Positions 1 to 9,782 of a DNA stretch of 64,000 bases are shown here, one piece after another; the stretch's first letter is position 1; the number at the start of each line of letters is the position of its first letter. A model generated the notes under the pieces. The model searched no databases. It saw only the letters and a program-made list of their open reading frames with translations, and was not told where the DNA came from. The DNA lies in the IMG/VR virus record IMGVR_UViG_3300028832_000122, positions 17,577-81,576 of that record. One strand, 5' to 3'. This DNA comes from a virus. Its lineage: Duplodnaviria > Caudoviricetes. Both the position numbers and the translations under genes were made by a program.

Positions 1-2495
1 CCTTCTCCAAGAACAGACTCCACTATTGTTCCGGCTAAATAATCTCCAACAATATTTGTCAAAACGTCTGCGACAAGCCAACCTGCATCTCCATCTTTCA
101 AATATTGTTTGTCAATTATATTCGTCGCTTCCCACGTAAACGTAATTATGCCAGCTGCTGCAGCAAGCGAACCGATCGTTCCAAGGACTCCTTCAAATAC
201 CTTGCTTATTTTCCATCCAAGAATTGCTGCACCTATATCGATAGCTGCACGCTTTACGGAATCTAAGTTTTCTTTAATGGTATCAATAATGCTCTTTAAT
301 TTATCGTTGAACTTGTCAACCTGCTCGAACATGTTCATATAATCTTCTGCTGCGGTTGTTGTGCCTCCACCGCCGCCTCCGCCGGCTTCGCTTTGGATTA
401 TGTTCAGTTCATCCCAGTCGGCAAGCAAATCTTTTACAGCTGCAGACGCTTTTTTTGCAGACTTTGTTTGGTCATCATATGCTTTTTTTGTTTTCTCAAC
501 AGCACGAGTCCATGTTTTTTGTCCGCGAATCAATGCAAAGAATTGATTTACATAATTTATTATTTCAATAAACCATTTTACAATACTTTGCAGAATCGGA
601 ATCAGTGACTGCAGCAAAGGCGCAAATGCTGCACCAATGCTATTCTTCATTTTTTCAAGAGAAGAAGCAGCGCTATCCATTGCTAGCGCGAATTCTCCGC
701 CTATCGCCTGTGAATAATAGTATACGTTTTTTATTCCTTCGCTTAATCCAGATGCTAACTGCCTAATTGCGTAACGCATCGTGCGCATAATTATCATGCC
801 CTTAAAACGTTTTGCAAGTCCGGTAAGCGTAGGGAACAAGGCTTTCATATTCGAGCCAAGGTTCTTAATTCCGCTTTTTATTGCATCTATTGAATGGCTT
901 AATGTAGGGCCAACTGCATTTGCAAAACGGTGCAAAAGCGAAATATGTTCAGACATACTCGCATTTGTTTCTTGTATTGCTGGGTTTTCTTTTGCAATTT
1001 CTTCACCAATTGTAAACCTAAAAGAAGACCCTTCTGCCTCAAGCAACTCATTTACCTTTGCTTTAACATCATCAACGGTCATTCCAAACATCCTGGCGGT
1101 TTCTTTAAATGCATACAGTTGTTCTCTTTCTGTTCCGTTTCCATGCAACCAATTAGACATTAAATCGTTTTCCCTTTGGCGTCCAAAGCTAATGCCTTTA
1201 AAAGCATCCTCAATAGATGCATAAGGCTTTACGTCAGAAAGTTCTTTTTTCACATCCTGTACATTGTTGCGAAGCGTTTCTGTGTTTGCAGCTGCTGTTT
1301 CAATTCCATTAGAAACTTTTTCTTCAATAACTTCACCTGCAGATTGTACTTCATTCTTAACTTGAACAAGATCATTCTGCATTGTTTTCATAGAACCAAG
1401 CGCATTGTTTGTTGCTGTTGTAATTGTTGCAAATACCGCTTCAGATGATATCTTTGCCGCAACACCATAATTCTCTTTTGATACAGAACCAACAAGGCTT
1501 TTTGTAAAATCTCCCGCCTCTTTTGCTGCACTTATAATAGTGTTTTTAACGGTGTCAGGAAGGTCAATACCTTCCATCATAGTAGCTATTGTACTTTTAA
1601 TTGCGTCTGCTACTTCCTTTGCCGCAAGCGGAGCGTTATCTTTTGCGGAAAGAATAGCAGCATTAGTCATATCAGAAAGCACTTTTGCAGCGTCGCCAAT
1701 TCTACTTCTTACACCTTCTATAAGTCCTTCAACAGTATACTCGCCAACCTTCTTAAATTCTGTTGACGGCGACGCAATTCCAAGGACTTTTTTTGCGGCA
1801 TCAAGCATTGCAAGCGCCATTTGCCTTGCAGCCTCAATTGCCTCACTATCATTGCTGAATATTCCAATTGCAGCACCAGCGGGAATATTTGCGCCCATTG
1901 CACTTGCTGTTGCTGATATTTGAGATGAATCAATAGCAGAAGATGCAGACACACCTCCTGTTGCAGCGGCTTTTAACTCAGCTATTGATTTTGCATATTC
2001 AGATATTGACGTGGCCATTGCACTGAGGTTTTTTGCATGAGAAGCAAGACTTGTCCCAGTAAGTGATTTTGCTCCTTCACCAATTGCGGAAAGTGCAATT
2101 CCAGCCTGATACGCATTATCAGTCTTCCACTCACCTTCGAGTGCAGCACGAAGATTGTTAAGTTGCGTGCCTGCCTGACCTATTTTTATGCCGTCGCCAA
2201 CAGCATCTTTAAGTTGCTTAATAGGCTCTGCATTGAACTGTACACCTTCAAGATCCTTGAAAGCTTTTTTATAACTTGCGATAGAATTAAGGAACGTACC
2301 GATGTTCGCAAGTGATTTGCTATCATTAACGGCTTTTGTCAGTTTGTTAAGAGGACTGACAATGCCCTTTAAATTCAGTTCTGTACCAACGGCGGTCTGA
2401 ATACTTTCAAGCGCGCCAGCAAGTTGGTTAAGACCTTCTGCTGCTTTATTAGCATTGCTTTCAATTGTTAAGCTAAGAACTCCTACATCCGGCAT
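1..2495 (-). CDS. Tail tape measure protein (N-terminal part; runs off the window edge)
   Basis: Translated by hand from ATG at 2495 (MPDVGVLSLTIESNANKAAEGLNQLAGALESIQ...). Open to position 1, Ala/Ser/Lys-rich helical composition, directly downstream of the tail chaperones. Absent from the ORF track because it has no stop in the window. Confidence 0.9.
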   Translation of the reverse strand, partial: MPDVGVLSLTIESNANKAAEGLNQLAGALESIQTAVGTELNLKGIVSPLNKLTKAVNDSKSLANIGTFLNSIASYKKAFKDLEGVQFNAEPIKQLKDAVGDGIKIGQAGTQLNNLRAALEGEWKTDNAYQAGIALSAIGEGAKSLTGTSLASHAKNLSAMATSISEYAKSIAELKAAATGGVSASSAIDSSQISATASAMGANIPAGAAIGIFSNDSEAIEAARQMALAMLDAAKKVLGIASPSTEFKKVGEYTVEGLIEGVRSRIGDAAKVLSDMTNAAILSAKDNAPLAAKEVADAIKSTIATMMEGIDLPDTVKNTIISAAKEAGDFTKSLVGSVSKENYGVAAKISSEAVFATITTATNNALGSMKTMQNDLVQVKNEVQSAGEVIEEKVSNGIETAAANTETLRNNVQDVKKELSDVKPYASIEDAFKGISFGRQRENDLMSNWLHGNGTEREQLYAFKETARMFGMTVDDVKAKVNELLEAEGSSFRFTIGEEIAKENPAIQETNASMSEHISLLHRFANAVGPTLSHSIDAIKSGIKNLGSNMKALFPTLTGLAKRFKGMIIMRTMRYAIRQLASGLSEGIKNVYYYSQAIGGEFALAMDSAASSLEKMKNSIGAAFAPLLQSLIPILQSIVKWFIEIINYVNQFFALIRGQKTWTRAVEKTKKAYDDQTKSAKKASAAVKDLLADWDELNIIQSEAGGGGGGGTTTAAEDYMNMFEQVDKFNDKLKSIIDTIKENLDSVKRAAIDIGAAILGWKISKVFEGVLGTIGSLAAAAGIITFTWEATNIIDKQYLKDGDAGWLVADVLTNIVGDYLAGTIVESVLGE

Positions 2496-2528
2496 GGTCT
2501 TTTCCTCCTCGCTGACGCGCCCGTATTC

Positions 2529-2996
2529 TTACTGCCCAGATTCCGCCTGCTTTTTTTCCATGGTCTTATTGAACCTTGCGGTCATTGCCTGGAACATAGC
2601 CATAGCAAGCTTGGACTGGTCTTCCTGTTGTTGTTTGCGAGCCTCTTCCTTCTTCTGCTCCTCGTGCTTCACAAAGAACGGCTTATCCGGATAATCCGGA
2701 AGATTCGCTCCCTTTGTGTTGAAGCCTGCTACGAACAGCGGTACGGCCTGTAGCGCGGCAGCGATGTACTGCCCCATGTACCAGTTATTCGTATCAGCAA
2801 TCCTCTGCTCGTTTTCGACCCGAAGCTGATAGGCTTTCCGAAATGCTTTCTTCGTTCCGTACTCGCCGTCCCAGAATATGTCATACGGCATTCCGATTGC
2901 AAGGTATTGCGGAAGTGCCTCGTCAAACATATCTCCATACGGGGTCGGACTCGTCTGCTTGGACTTCTTTTCTTCCTCTGTCAGACGGTCTCCCAC
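2529..2996 (-). CDS. Tail assembly chaperone, downstream (GT-like) ORF
   Basis: Lies between chaperone and tape measure; 'YLAIGMPYDIFWDG' resembles Firmicutes gp15-like chaperones; overlaps the upstream ORF in the -1 frame. Confidence 0.6.
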   Translation of the reverse strand: MGDRLTEEEKKSKQTSPTPYGDMFDEALPQYLAIGMPYDIFWDGEYGTKKAFRKAYQLRVENEQRIADTNNWYMGQYIAAALQAVPLFVAGFNTKGANLPDYPDKPFFVKHEEQKKEEARKQQQEDQSKLAMAMFQAMTARFNKTMEKKQAESGQ

Positions 2997-3385
2997 GTAG
3001 GGGGTTCGGTTTCCTCTTCGCCTTCAGGCTCTGCCATCAGATCCTCCAGCGGTTTCATGTAAAGCTTGGTTAGGATACCGAGCAGCTCATCCTTATGGCT
3101 CTGCTGCTTCCATATCTCCTTGACCTTTTCGGGCATCATGCCCTTGTGATGCATCTGGAACGCACCGAGGAACAGATCCTCAATCATCGTGTGCGGGAAA
3201 TCAGTGTTCAGCTGGAATCCCCTGCGCTCCATGTTCTTAATCACCCTGGCGTTAAATTCAAGGGTGTACTTTTTGCCGTCCTTATCGGCGATGATTACCT
3301 TGGTGAAATCCTTCTCAGTTGTCGCAGCCATTGGCTTGCCTTCCTTTCTCGCCTGACTTGCAGGCACACTTTTTCTTGTTGCCAT
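2981..3385 (-). CDS. Tail assembly chaperone
   Basis: 134 aa, immediately downstream of the major tail protein; 'KKYTLEFNARVIKNMERRGF'. Confidence 0.7.
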   Translation of the reverse strand: MATRKSVPASQARKEGKPMAATTEKDFTKVIIADKDGKKYTLEFNARVIKNMERRGFQLNTDFPHTMIEDLFLGAFQMHHKGMMPEKVKEIWKQQSHKDELLGILTKLYMKPLEDLMAEPEGEEETEPPTWETV

Positions 3386-3453
3386 TGTTTTTTCTCCTTA
3401 TATAAGTTTGGGTCGGGAGAGAGGCTGTCCTCTCCCCCTTCCCTTACTCATCA

Positions 3454-3903
3454 TCAGGTGGAACTGAACACAACGACCGTGCTGGGGGTGACGTTGATAG
3501 TCATACCGACAGCCTCGTTCACGCCGCCGCCATTGATACCAGCGGAAATTTCACCGGTCCAGCTGAACTTCCCGTTGTGACCATCGGGGGTTTCTGCACC
3601 GGCGGAACCGGTAGCGCCGAACCATACAGCCATGTGCAGTGTCTTACCTTCCTTGGCAACAACAGCAGCATAGTTTTCGGGGGTGTAATTGGCCCCGAAG
3701 CTGAACTCGGAGGTGTCGCCGATGCCCTGGATGTAGACGCGCATATAGTCGGACAAGGAGGTAATATCGATACGATCCTTCGGAGGAATCAGATCCGGGA
3801 AGGAAGTGATATCGATAAGTTTGTCAGCCGCTGTAAGCGCACTCGTTGTGGTGCTGCACAGCAGATAAGTCTGATACGTGGAAATACCTTTCTGAGCAGG
3901 CAT
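3454..3903 (-). CDS. Major tail (tube) protein
   Basis: 'IDITSLSD...YIQGIGDTSEFSFGANY', 'FSWTGEIS' are typical siphovirus tube motifs; synteny. Confidence 0.85.
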   Translation of the reverse strand: MPAQKGISTYQTYLLCSTTTSALTAADKLIDITSFPDLIPPKDRIDITSLSDYMRVYIQGIGDTSEFSFGANYTPENYAAVVAKEGKTLHMAVWFGATGSAGAETPDGHNGKFSWTGEISAGINGGGVNEAVGMTINVTPSTVVVFSST

Positions 3904-4005
3904 AGTCTTTTCTCCTTTCGTCAGTTATTGAATGTAAAAACGCATGAATGCGTGGGTAGAACCCTAACTCGCAATCATGCGTCTTTATGTTATTCTGTTT
4001 CACCG

Positions 4006-4401
4006 TCAGCTTATACGGTAGATATTTCCTTCTCGGTCTATCTCCGCTTCGTATCTGGCGGTGTATCGGAATATGTTGACGTTGTCGGAATTATCAAGAT
4101 AATCCCCGCCAACCCTTGTGAAACCCATGGAAATCATTTCGTCGTCCGCTGCATTCAATACGGAACGCGCCTCCGCCTTTGTCTTTGCATATATATCAAG
4201 CTGATACATAACCACTGCAAAGTTTTCAATCGGCGTTGAGCTTTGACGTTTTCTGACCGTTCTGTTAGTCAGTTCCATCAGGGATCCTGCAGGGAATGCG
4301 GTTGGATCTGGGACATATACACTGACGAACTTTCCTTTTGCACACATCGGTGCAACCTTCCGATAAACCCTGTCAAACACATTGACCTCATAGTCTATCA
4401 T
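4006..4401 (-). CDS. Tail completion/terminator protein
   Basis: Position before the tube gene; 'FPAGSLME...YQLDIY...MISMGFTR...FRYTARYEA'. Confidence 0.7.
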   Translation of the reverse strand: MIDYEVNVFDRVYRKVAPMCAKGKFVSVYVPDPTAFPAGSLMELTNRTVRKRQSSTPIENFAVVMYQLDIYAKTKAEARSVLNAADDEMISMGFTRVGGDYLDNSDNVNIFRYTARYEAEIDREGNIYRIS

Positions 4402-5102
4402 CAGTACGCACCTCCGCCTGGAAGATATTCAGCAATAATATCTGCACCATTCCTTTGGGCTTTATCCATCAAATCCAATAGCGTGTTATACATAAACGGC
4501 TTTGGCGGCTGACCGCCCCTTACAGTATAAAACTTCCCTGTCCATCTGTCCTTATATACCCATCCGCGAAACTGACCGCCCTGTGCGTTCTCAATCATCT
4601 TGTACTCTTTAGACGGCCTGTACTTTCCTTTTTTTGAAGGATGGTCGGATGTGCGGCCTTCTGAGCGTGCAACAAGCCCTTGCGATTTTAATACGTTGTA
4701 GGCTTTTGAGCTATTGATGCGCGACCCGTCCTGTCTGTAATGGTTTGAAGTGCCGAATCCAAACTCAAAGAACACCGCATAACTGACATTGCTGTAAAGT
4801 GGATTGTCTGACATATGGTCGTTTGGATAACCGGCCATCAGATATCCCTCTCCGGACTTTCCGTTAGCCATTTCATATCGGATGCTTCTCAAAAGGTTTC
4901 CCTTGTTTGCGCCGTCACCCTTTGTGAAATATCTCCTAAGATTAAGCCTTGCAATCATCACGCCGTCTTTAAGAAGTGATTCGCACAACGCATCCAAAGC
5001 CATTTGCAAATCAGTATTCAGATTGCGCACATCGTCAATTGCATGCTGGATTGATTCAGGGTCAAGCGTCATTTTTATTTCTTTAAAAATGATTTTGCCC
5101 AT
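4401..5102 (-). CDS. HK97 gp10-like neck/tail component, longer than usual
   Basis: 'GNLLRSI', 'YAVFFEFGFG', 'GQPPKPFMYNT' motifs; basic internal insertion. Confidence 0.65.
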   Translation of the reverse strand: MGKIIFKEIKMTLDPESIQHAIDDVRNLNTDLQMALDALCESLLKDGVMIARLNLRRYFTKGDGANKGNLLRSIRYEMANGKSGEGYLMAGYPNDHMSDNPLYSNVSYAVFFEFGFGTSNHYRQDGSRINSSKAYNVLKSQGLVARSEGRTSDHPSKKGKYRPSKEYKMIENAQGGQFRGWVYKDRWTGKFYTVRGGQPPKPFMYNTLLDLMDKAQRNGADIIAEYLPGGGAY

Positions 5103-5117
5103 CAGTCACAATCCCCT

Positions 5118-5474
5118 TCAGACCGTACATTCATTGTCAACGGTGTCAGCAAGAAGTGCTACGGACAGAACATTTATGCTCGGACGCACAGCGGTAATCG
5201 CATACATATGCCCCTTGTATCGAATCTTCCCATACTCGCAGATATCCGCTTTAGGGTTGTCCATAATAAGGACATGCGAATACCGAATCTCAAGTCCGTC
5301 AAACGCCTGTATTGCACTTCCGCTTGGTGACGAAATGTTTCCGGTATAAGTAATCGGATCGCCGTACACAGGCTGCGGAACGCCTGTATGAAGGCCGTTA
5401 TCGTCAAGATCTGACTCAAGGCCTGTGTACGGCATGTACTCAAACTCAGTGCAGTTTCTCTTCAGCAGCTTCAC
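5118..5474 (-). CDS. Head-closure/head-tail adaptor protein
   Basis: 118 aa beta-rich protein between connector and gp10-like gene. Confidence 0.6.
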   Translation of the reverse strand: MKLLKRNCTEFEYMPYTGLESDLDDNGLHTGVPQPVYGDPITYTGNISSPSGSAIQAFDGLEIRYSHVLIMDNPKADICEYGKIRYKGHMYAITAVRPSINVLSVALLADTVDNECTV

Positions 5475-5488
5475 TTCCGCTCACCGCC

Positions 5489-5824
5489 TTATCGGATTGC
5501 CTGTGCGTATGAGTACACATCCTTCAGCATGGCATCCGGCACGTCAGACGACCCGTAATTTCGGTGGATTCCGTTTTCTATATGCTGGATTTCGCCTTCT
5601 GCGCCGCGTTTATTCAACATGTAAACGCATATGTTCAGCTGAATCATCGCATACCGATCAGGGACTTCCAGCCCGTCGTAGTTGTCTTTGTACGGATACA
5701 TGCGGTTAAGGATTTTCTGAGCGGCGATTTCAAGGTAGGCTTCCAGGATGCCTTCGTCCGTATCGTCCCCGTCCATCATCCGGCGGAGCAAATCGATTTT
5801 CTTTTCGTTGGTCATCCTGATCAT
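5489..5824 (-). CDS. Head-tail connector (gp6/gp15-like)
   Basis: 'LNKRGAEGEIQHIENGIHRNY' motif; synteny after the capsid gene. Confidence 0.8.
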   Translation of the reverse strand: MIRMTNEKKIDLLRRMMDGDDTDEGILEAYLEIAAQKILNRMYPYKDNYDGLEVPDRYAMIQLNICVYMLNKRGAEGEIQHIENGIHRNYGSSDVPDAMLKDVYSYAQAIR

Positions 5825-5829
5825 CTCCC

Positions 5830-6039
5830 TTACTCGCTGATCTTTTTGCGCCTCGTTCCTGAGGACGCACGTGCCTTCGTTTCCGCCTTCGGCTCTTCCT
5901 TCGCAGGTTCTTCCATCGCCGGAACTTCAGGCACTTCCGCAGGCTTCTCAGTCTTCTTCGGAGTTTCTTCCTTTTCGGGAATCTCCTCACCGGCGCGATA
6001 CCACCGGCCGTTCACCTTGATGTTATGAGTCGCAATCAT
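5830..6039 (-). CDS. Small charged protein after major capsid gene
   Basis: 'IKVNGRWYRAGEEI' followed by a Lys/Glu/Pro-rich tail; type often found after capsid genes. Confidence 0.6.
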   Translation of the reverse strand: MIATHNIKVNGRWYRAGEEIPEKEETPKKTEKPAEVPEVPAMEEPAKEEPKAETKARASSGTRRKKISE

Positions 6040-6102
6040 GGCGAACTCCTTTCATATGAAATCTGTCCCGGGCGTCCGAACACAGACGCCCAGGATTATT
6101 CA

Positions 6103-7173
6103 TCAATAAACCTTCAGCAGGGCAACCTCGTCCATGCGCTCGTAGCTGGGCAGCACGATCTCGGAAGCGAAGGTGTTCAGGTTCACGGGATGCGGGTCGA
6201 GGATCTGAGTCACAGCGACGCCGGTCTCGACAATCTGAACGGAGGCGATGCTCTTGCCCATCAGGTCAGCTTCTTCGGGAGTCGTGCCGTAGCAGGTTTC
6301 TCCGAGAGCGCCGGTTGGAACCAGGGCCACATAGCCGTCCGGTACGAACTTCGCAGCGACCTTGCTCTCGTTCCTGTACTGCTTGTCGTACAAAACGATG
6401 CCGTCCAGGTCGTTGGTGTCCTTCAGGATCTGAATGATTTCAGCATCCGTCAGGTAGCCGAACGCAGTGCCGGACTTGGTCAGGTAGCGGTTCTTGATGT
6501 TGGCATTCGTCCGCAGGTTCTTGAAGGTGTTCTTGTTCATAATCATGATGCGCAGATCAGAACCGGTCTTCGCGGCAATCGCATCCTTCGCATCCTGAAT
6601 GTCACCAAACGGATCAGCGGTGGCGGGGGCATTCCACTTCGCAGTGTCGTCTGTCAGCTCAAAGTAGTTGGAAGCCCTCCAGGATCCATCCGGGTCGTAG
6701 TTGTAGGTGTAATCCACACCGTTCGCAGTGATGGTGATGCCGACGTTACCGTTCTTGGCGAACAGCAGCTGCATCCTCTCACGCTCACCAACGACCAGAG
6801 CGCCTTCGATCAGTTCACGGGCGTCATCAAAGACGCGGGCAATCGCGGCGTTCACATAGGGGTCATTGGCACTCTGGGCACGCAGGATATCCTGACGATC
6901 CCGTTCCTTAATCTTAAAGCCTTCACGGAAGAACGGCATCTCGGTTTCGACTTTCTCGACACCGATCCGATCACGGAAGGTCGCTTTCGCATCAAAAGCA
7001 CTGGGCATCAGGGATACCGGAATGCCCTTGCTGCCTTTAATCCATTTCAGATCCAGACCAGCCTGCTTACGGGCGGGGAACAGACCTTCGCCCAGGTAGG
7101 GAATCCGGTTGCTGACATTTTCAGTCCAGTTCGCACCGATGGCGGCAGGACTAAACAGTCCATCAAACAGCAT
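6103..7173 (-). CDS. Major capsid protein (lambda gpE-like/Phage_cap_E type)
   Basis: 356 aa; 'YLGEGLFP', 'EMPFFREG', 'GETCYGTTPEE', 'IVLPSYERMDEV'. Confidence 0.9.
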   Translation of the reverse strand: MLFDGLFSPAAIGANWTENVSNRIPYLGEGLFPARKQAGLDLKWIKGSKGIPVSLMPSAFDAKATFRDRIGVEKVETEMPFFREGFKIKERDRQDILRAQSANDPYVNAAIARVFDDARELIEGALVVGERERMQLLFAKNGNVGITITANGVDYTYNYDPDGSWRASNYFELTDDTAKWNAPATADPFGDIQDAKDAIAAKTGSDLRIMIMNKNTFKNLRTNANIKNRYLTKSGTAFGYLTDAEIIQILKDTNDLDGIVLYDKQYRNESKVAAKFVPDGYVALVPTGALGETCYGTTPEEADLMGKSIASVQIVETGVAVTQILDPHPVNLNTFASEIVLPSYERMDEVALLKVY

Positions 7174-7214
7174 ATTGGTTATCTCCTTTCATTTTTTGTT
7201 TCTTGTTATGCCTG

Positions 7215-7862
7215 TCAGACGGGCCACTGCACATGCCTGAGCAGGTGACCGCATCCGACTCTTACGTCCGCATAAATCCGAATCCCGCTTGCCCTGCACA
7301 GGGAGCAGAAGTACAGGTCTTCACTCAGCATCCCACGGTTCTTGTCCCCGTAATTCACCCAGTCGTACCACGGGTACTCGAGTTTACGGAACACTTCCGT
7401 TCGGATCAGTGCACATCCCATACCTCCGCCATGAACCTCAATCTTCGACGTCACCGTACTCAGTGCCATCTCATTCAGTTCCTCAGCGGTATACTCGGAT
7501 TCCAGCGGATAGTGGTAATACTCGTTGCCGTCATCATCGTACAGTTTGCAGATGCATGTCCTGCCGTGATAAAGGTTGTCAGTTCCCCTGTGAGCGTAGA
7601 AGCCAAGGTTGACTTCGTGTGCGTCCTCAAGAAGCAGTTTCAGTGCATCCTTCGGAAGCACCACGTCGTTGTCGACCATCAGCACATAATCCGTTTCCAG
7701 ATCAAGCGCCTTCTGAGCAATCTTGTTCCGTGCCGTAGCAACGTCATAGCCACGCACGGATTCAAACAATACTTCATGCTCGTCCTTATCCAAATCCCAC
7801 AATGACTTGTAGGTGTCAGGATAAATCGTTTCAAATGTAGGAACTGCAACGAGTATTCTCAT
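7215..7862 (-). CDS. GT-A fold (GT2-like) glycosyltransferase inside the head operon
   Basis: 'ILVAVPT', 'ARNKIAQKAL', 'VLMVDND' (DXD), 'GGGMGCALI', 'SEDLYFC', 'VGCGH'; has its own RBS (GGAGG). Confidence 0.8.
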   Translation of the reverse strand: MRILVAVPTFETIYPDTYKSLWDLDKDEHEVLFESVRGYDVATARNKIAQKALDLETDYVLMVDNDVVLPKDALKLLLEDAHEVNLGFYAHRGTDNLYHGRTCICKLYDDDGNEYYHYPLESEYTAEELNEMALSTVTSKIEVHGGGMGCALIRTEVFRKLEYPWYDWVNYGDKNRGMLSEDLYFCSLCRASGIRIYADVRVGCGHLLRHVQWPV

Positions 7863-7876
7863 CGGTTACCTCCCGA

Positions 7877-8224
7877 TCAGGTAGCCCCGGTCGCACCCTG
7901 CTGAGCGCAGATGTTGGTACGGAACACAATGCCGGGAAGCGCTTCATACAGAGCGGACACATAGGTCACAGTGCTGTGAGCCTGCGCCTTGGTGGCGTCG
8001 ATAATGCCCTGCACAACGGCAGCACCGTTCGGATTCTTGGTGGGATCCACATCGTACAGCAGGATACCGACAGCACCGGAACCGGTGGTGGATTCACCCG
8101 CAGCAGTCAGGGGCGTGCCAGCCTTCAGAACGCTGCTACCGGCCACTTTAACCGGGATCGCCTGGAAGTCCTTGCTGGCCAGAATTTCAATCGTTCCGGC
8201 ATAAGCAGTCTTGGCAAAATTCAT
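7877..8224 (-). CDS. Head decoration protein
   Basis: 'LKAGTPL...AVGILLYDVD...GAAVVQGIID' is a gpD-like decoration pattern; lies between scaffold and capsid. Confidence 0.75.
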   Translation of the reverse strand: MNFAKTAYAGTIEILASKDFQAIPVKVAGSSVLKAGTPLTAAGESTTGSGAVGILLYDVDPTKNPNGAAVVQGIIDATKAQAHSTVTYVSALYEALPGIVFRTNICAQQGATGAT

Positions 8225-8291
8225 ACCTTTTTCTCTCCTTTCACGTTAGTGAATAAATATTTCCTATCGGTCAGACTGACCGATTTCAGTC

Positions 8292-9008
8292 TCACCGCAT
8301 ATAGGCACTCATGGCTTTCTGAGCCTGTTCGTTCTGTGCGTTCCGAGCCTTGCCGATTTCAGCGGCGCGCTTGATCGCCTGTGCCTCCGGGCTGTTGCTG
8401 TCCGCTCCCGCACCGGGACCTGTGATCTTCCCGTACTCAAGCTTCAGTGCTTTTTCCTTCGCCTGCCATGCTTTCTGAATCTCAAGCAGGGCATTGTCAA
8501 TATCCGATGCGCCGTACAGATGATCCGCAAGATTGCCTGCGGTCCCTTCATCAAGACCAAGCTTCCCCATCACGGACTTTACGGTATCCGCCCGGGCAAC
8601 CTGTCTTTCAAGCTCGGCAATGCGCTTTGCCTGTGCCTCCTCCGCCTCTTTTTTTTCGGAGGCGTCAATCTGTTCCTGGGTCATCTTGCTCCGCAGTTCT
8701 TTCCGAAGGTTGCCCGCTTCGCTTGTCGCCTTGTCGAGCGACGCTTTTTGACGCGCCATTTCAGCCTTCAGACGGGCGATTTCAGCGTCCTTTGCGTCAG
8801 GCGTGCTGTCAGTCCCGTCTTCCGCTACATGGGCGTTTATGGCCCCTTCTGTGCCGTCTGCTGATACGTCTGTCGTATCTGCCACATCGCCTGCAGGAGC
8901 GGAAACGCTTCCGCCCATTCCGGCATCCCCGGCAGAACCGCCGTCGCCCGCGCTCATAAAGAACTTCGGACCCATCCAGAAACAATTCCGATTACGAATC
9001 ATGCTCAT
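8292..9008 (-). CDS. Capsid scaffolding protein
   Basis: Acidic N-terminus, coiled coil 'EIARLKAEMARQKASLDKATSEA', position upstream of decoration and capsid genes. Confidence 0.8.
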   Translation of the reverse strand: MSMIRNRNCFWMGPKFFMSAGDGGSAGDAGMGGSVSAPAGDVADTTDVSADGTEGAINAHVAEDGTDSTPDAKDAEIARLKAEMARQKASLDKATSEAGNLRKELRSKMTQEQIDASEKKEAEEAQAKRIAELERQVARADTVKSVMGKLGLDEGTAGNLADHLYGASDIDNALLEIQKAWQAKEKALKLEYGKITGPGAGADSNSPEAQAIKRAAEIGKARNAQNEQAQKAMSAYMR

Positions 9009-9016
9009 ACTCCTTT

Positions 9017-9102
9017 GCGTTTTTTACCGTGCTTCTCTGCACCTGTTTATTGTGCGTTTTAACGTCTTCTCTGACGGTTCGCGTTTTAACGTCTTCTCTG
9101 AC
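9017..9102 (-). repeat. Three direct repeats upstream of the scaffold RBS
   Basis: gcgttttaacgtcttctctgac at 9054-9075 and 9081-9102 (identical); degenerate copy at 9017-9040. Confidence 0.8.
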
Positions 9103-9137
9103 ATTTATTTCAAACAGCTTTACGCCGTCTAAAACCT

Positions 9138-9782
9138 TTACTCAATCGGTTTCAGCATGCACCTGCATCCGTAGTGAGGTTTCGGCGGGATCTCGTTTAT
9201 CGGGAATTCCATGCCGTGCAACTCATTACATGCGTGGCATGTCCGCTCGTCTTCCTCGGTTATCCACTGCACCCGTTTCACACCTGCATCCTTAAACGCC
9301 TGCACAACAGCCTCGTCCGTGAACTCGATGGCGTACTGCCCGAGCTGCTTTGTCCAGTCCCGAAGCCCCCTGTCAATCAGCCTGTTCCTGTCCTGCGATA
9401 CTTCCAGCTGTTCGGCGAGCCTGTACGCTTTCCGCTCCGCCTCGCTTGTAAACCTGTACAGTGTTACGAAGTCCGTCTGGTCGAGGATCTTGTCCACCCA
9501 CTTCATGGTAATGGCTTCGTCTGCCATCTTCTGGGCTTTCTTCATATCCTCGCCGAGCATTATCATGGCAAGGATGTACGCCTCGAACGCAACCTCATAG
9601 TACCGCCTGCGTGCCTTCTTCACGCTCGTCCTGTACACTGTCACGACCGTGCGGATGATGTTTACCCTTTCCCACTTCGCCATCTTCAGCTGACCGAACG
9701 CTTCCACGCTCTCACGGTCCATTGCCTTGATAGCCTTGTCACACGGCTGGTAGTAGTTCAGTTCGCTTCTTTTCATGCTCAC
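9138..9782 (-). CDS. Minor head protein (Mu gpF/SPP1 gp7-like)
   Basis: C-terminal 'WITEEDERTCHACNELHG...PPKPHYGCRC'. Confidence 0.85.
   Translation of the reverse strand: MSMKRSELNYYQPCDKAIKAMDRESVEAFGQLKMAKWERVNIIRTVVTVYRTSVKKARRRYYEVAFEAYILAMIMLGEDMKKAQKMADEAITMKWVDKILDQTDFVTLYRFTSEAERKAYRLAEQLEVSQDRNRLIDRGLRDWTKQLGQYAIEFTDEAVVQAFKDAGVKRVQWITEEDERTCHACNELHGMEFPINEIPPKPHYGCRCMLKPIE

Noticed and set aside
361-546. Poly-Pro ORF (MPPPPPPP...)
   Set aside because: Antisense reading of the GGGGGG linker in the tape measure protein.
6025-7248. 407-aa plus-strand ORF
   Set aside because: Antisense shadow of the major capsid gene with no recognisable motifs.
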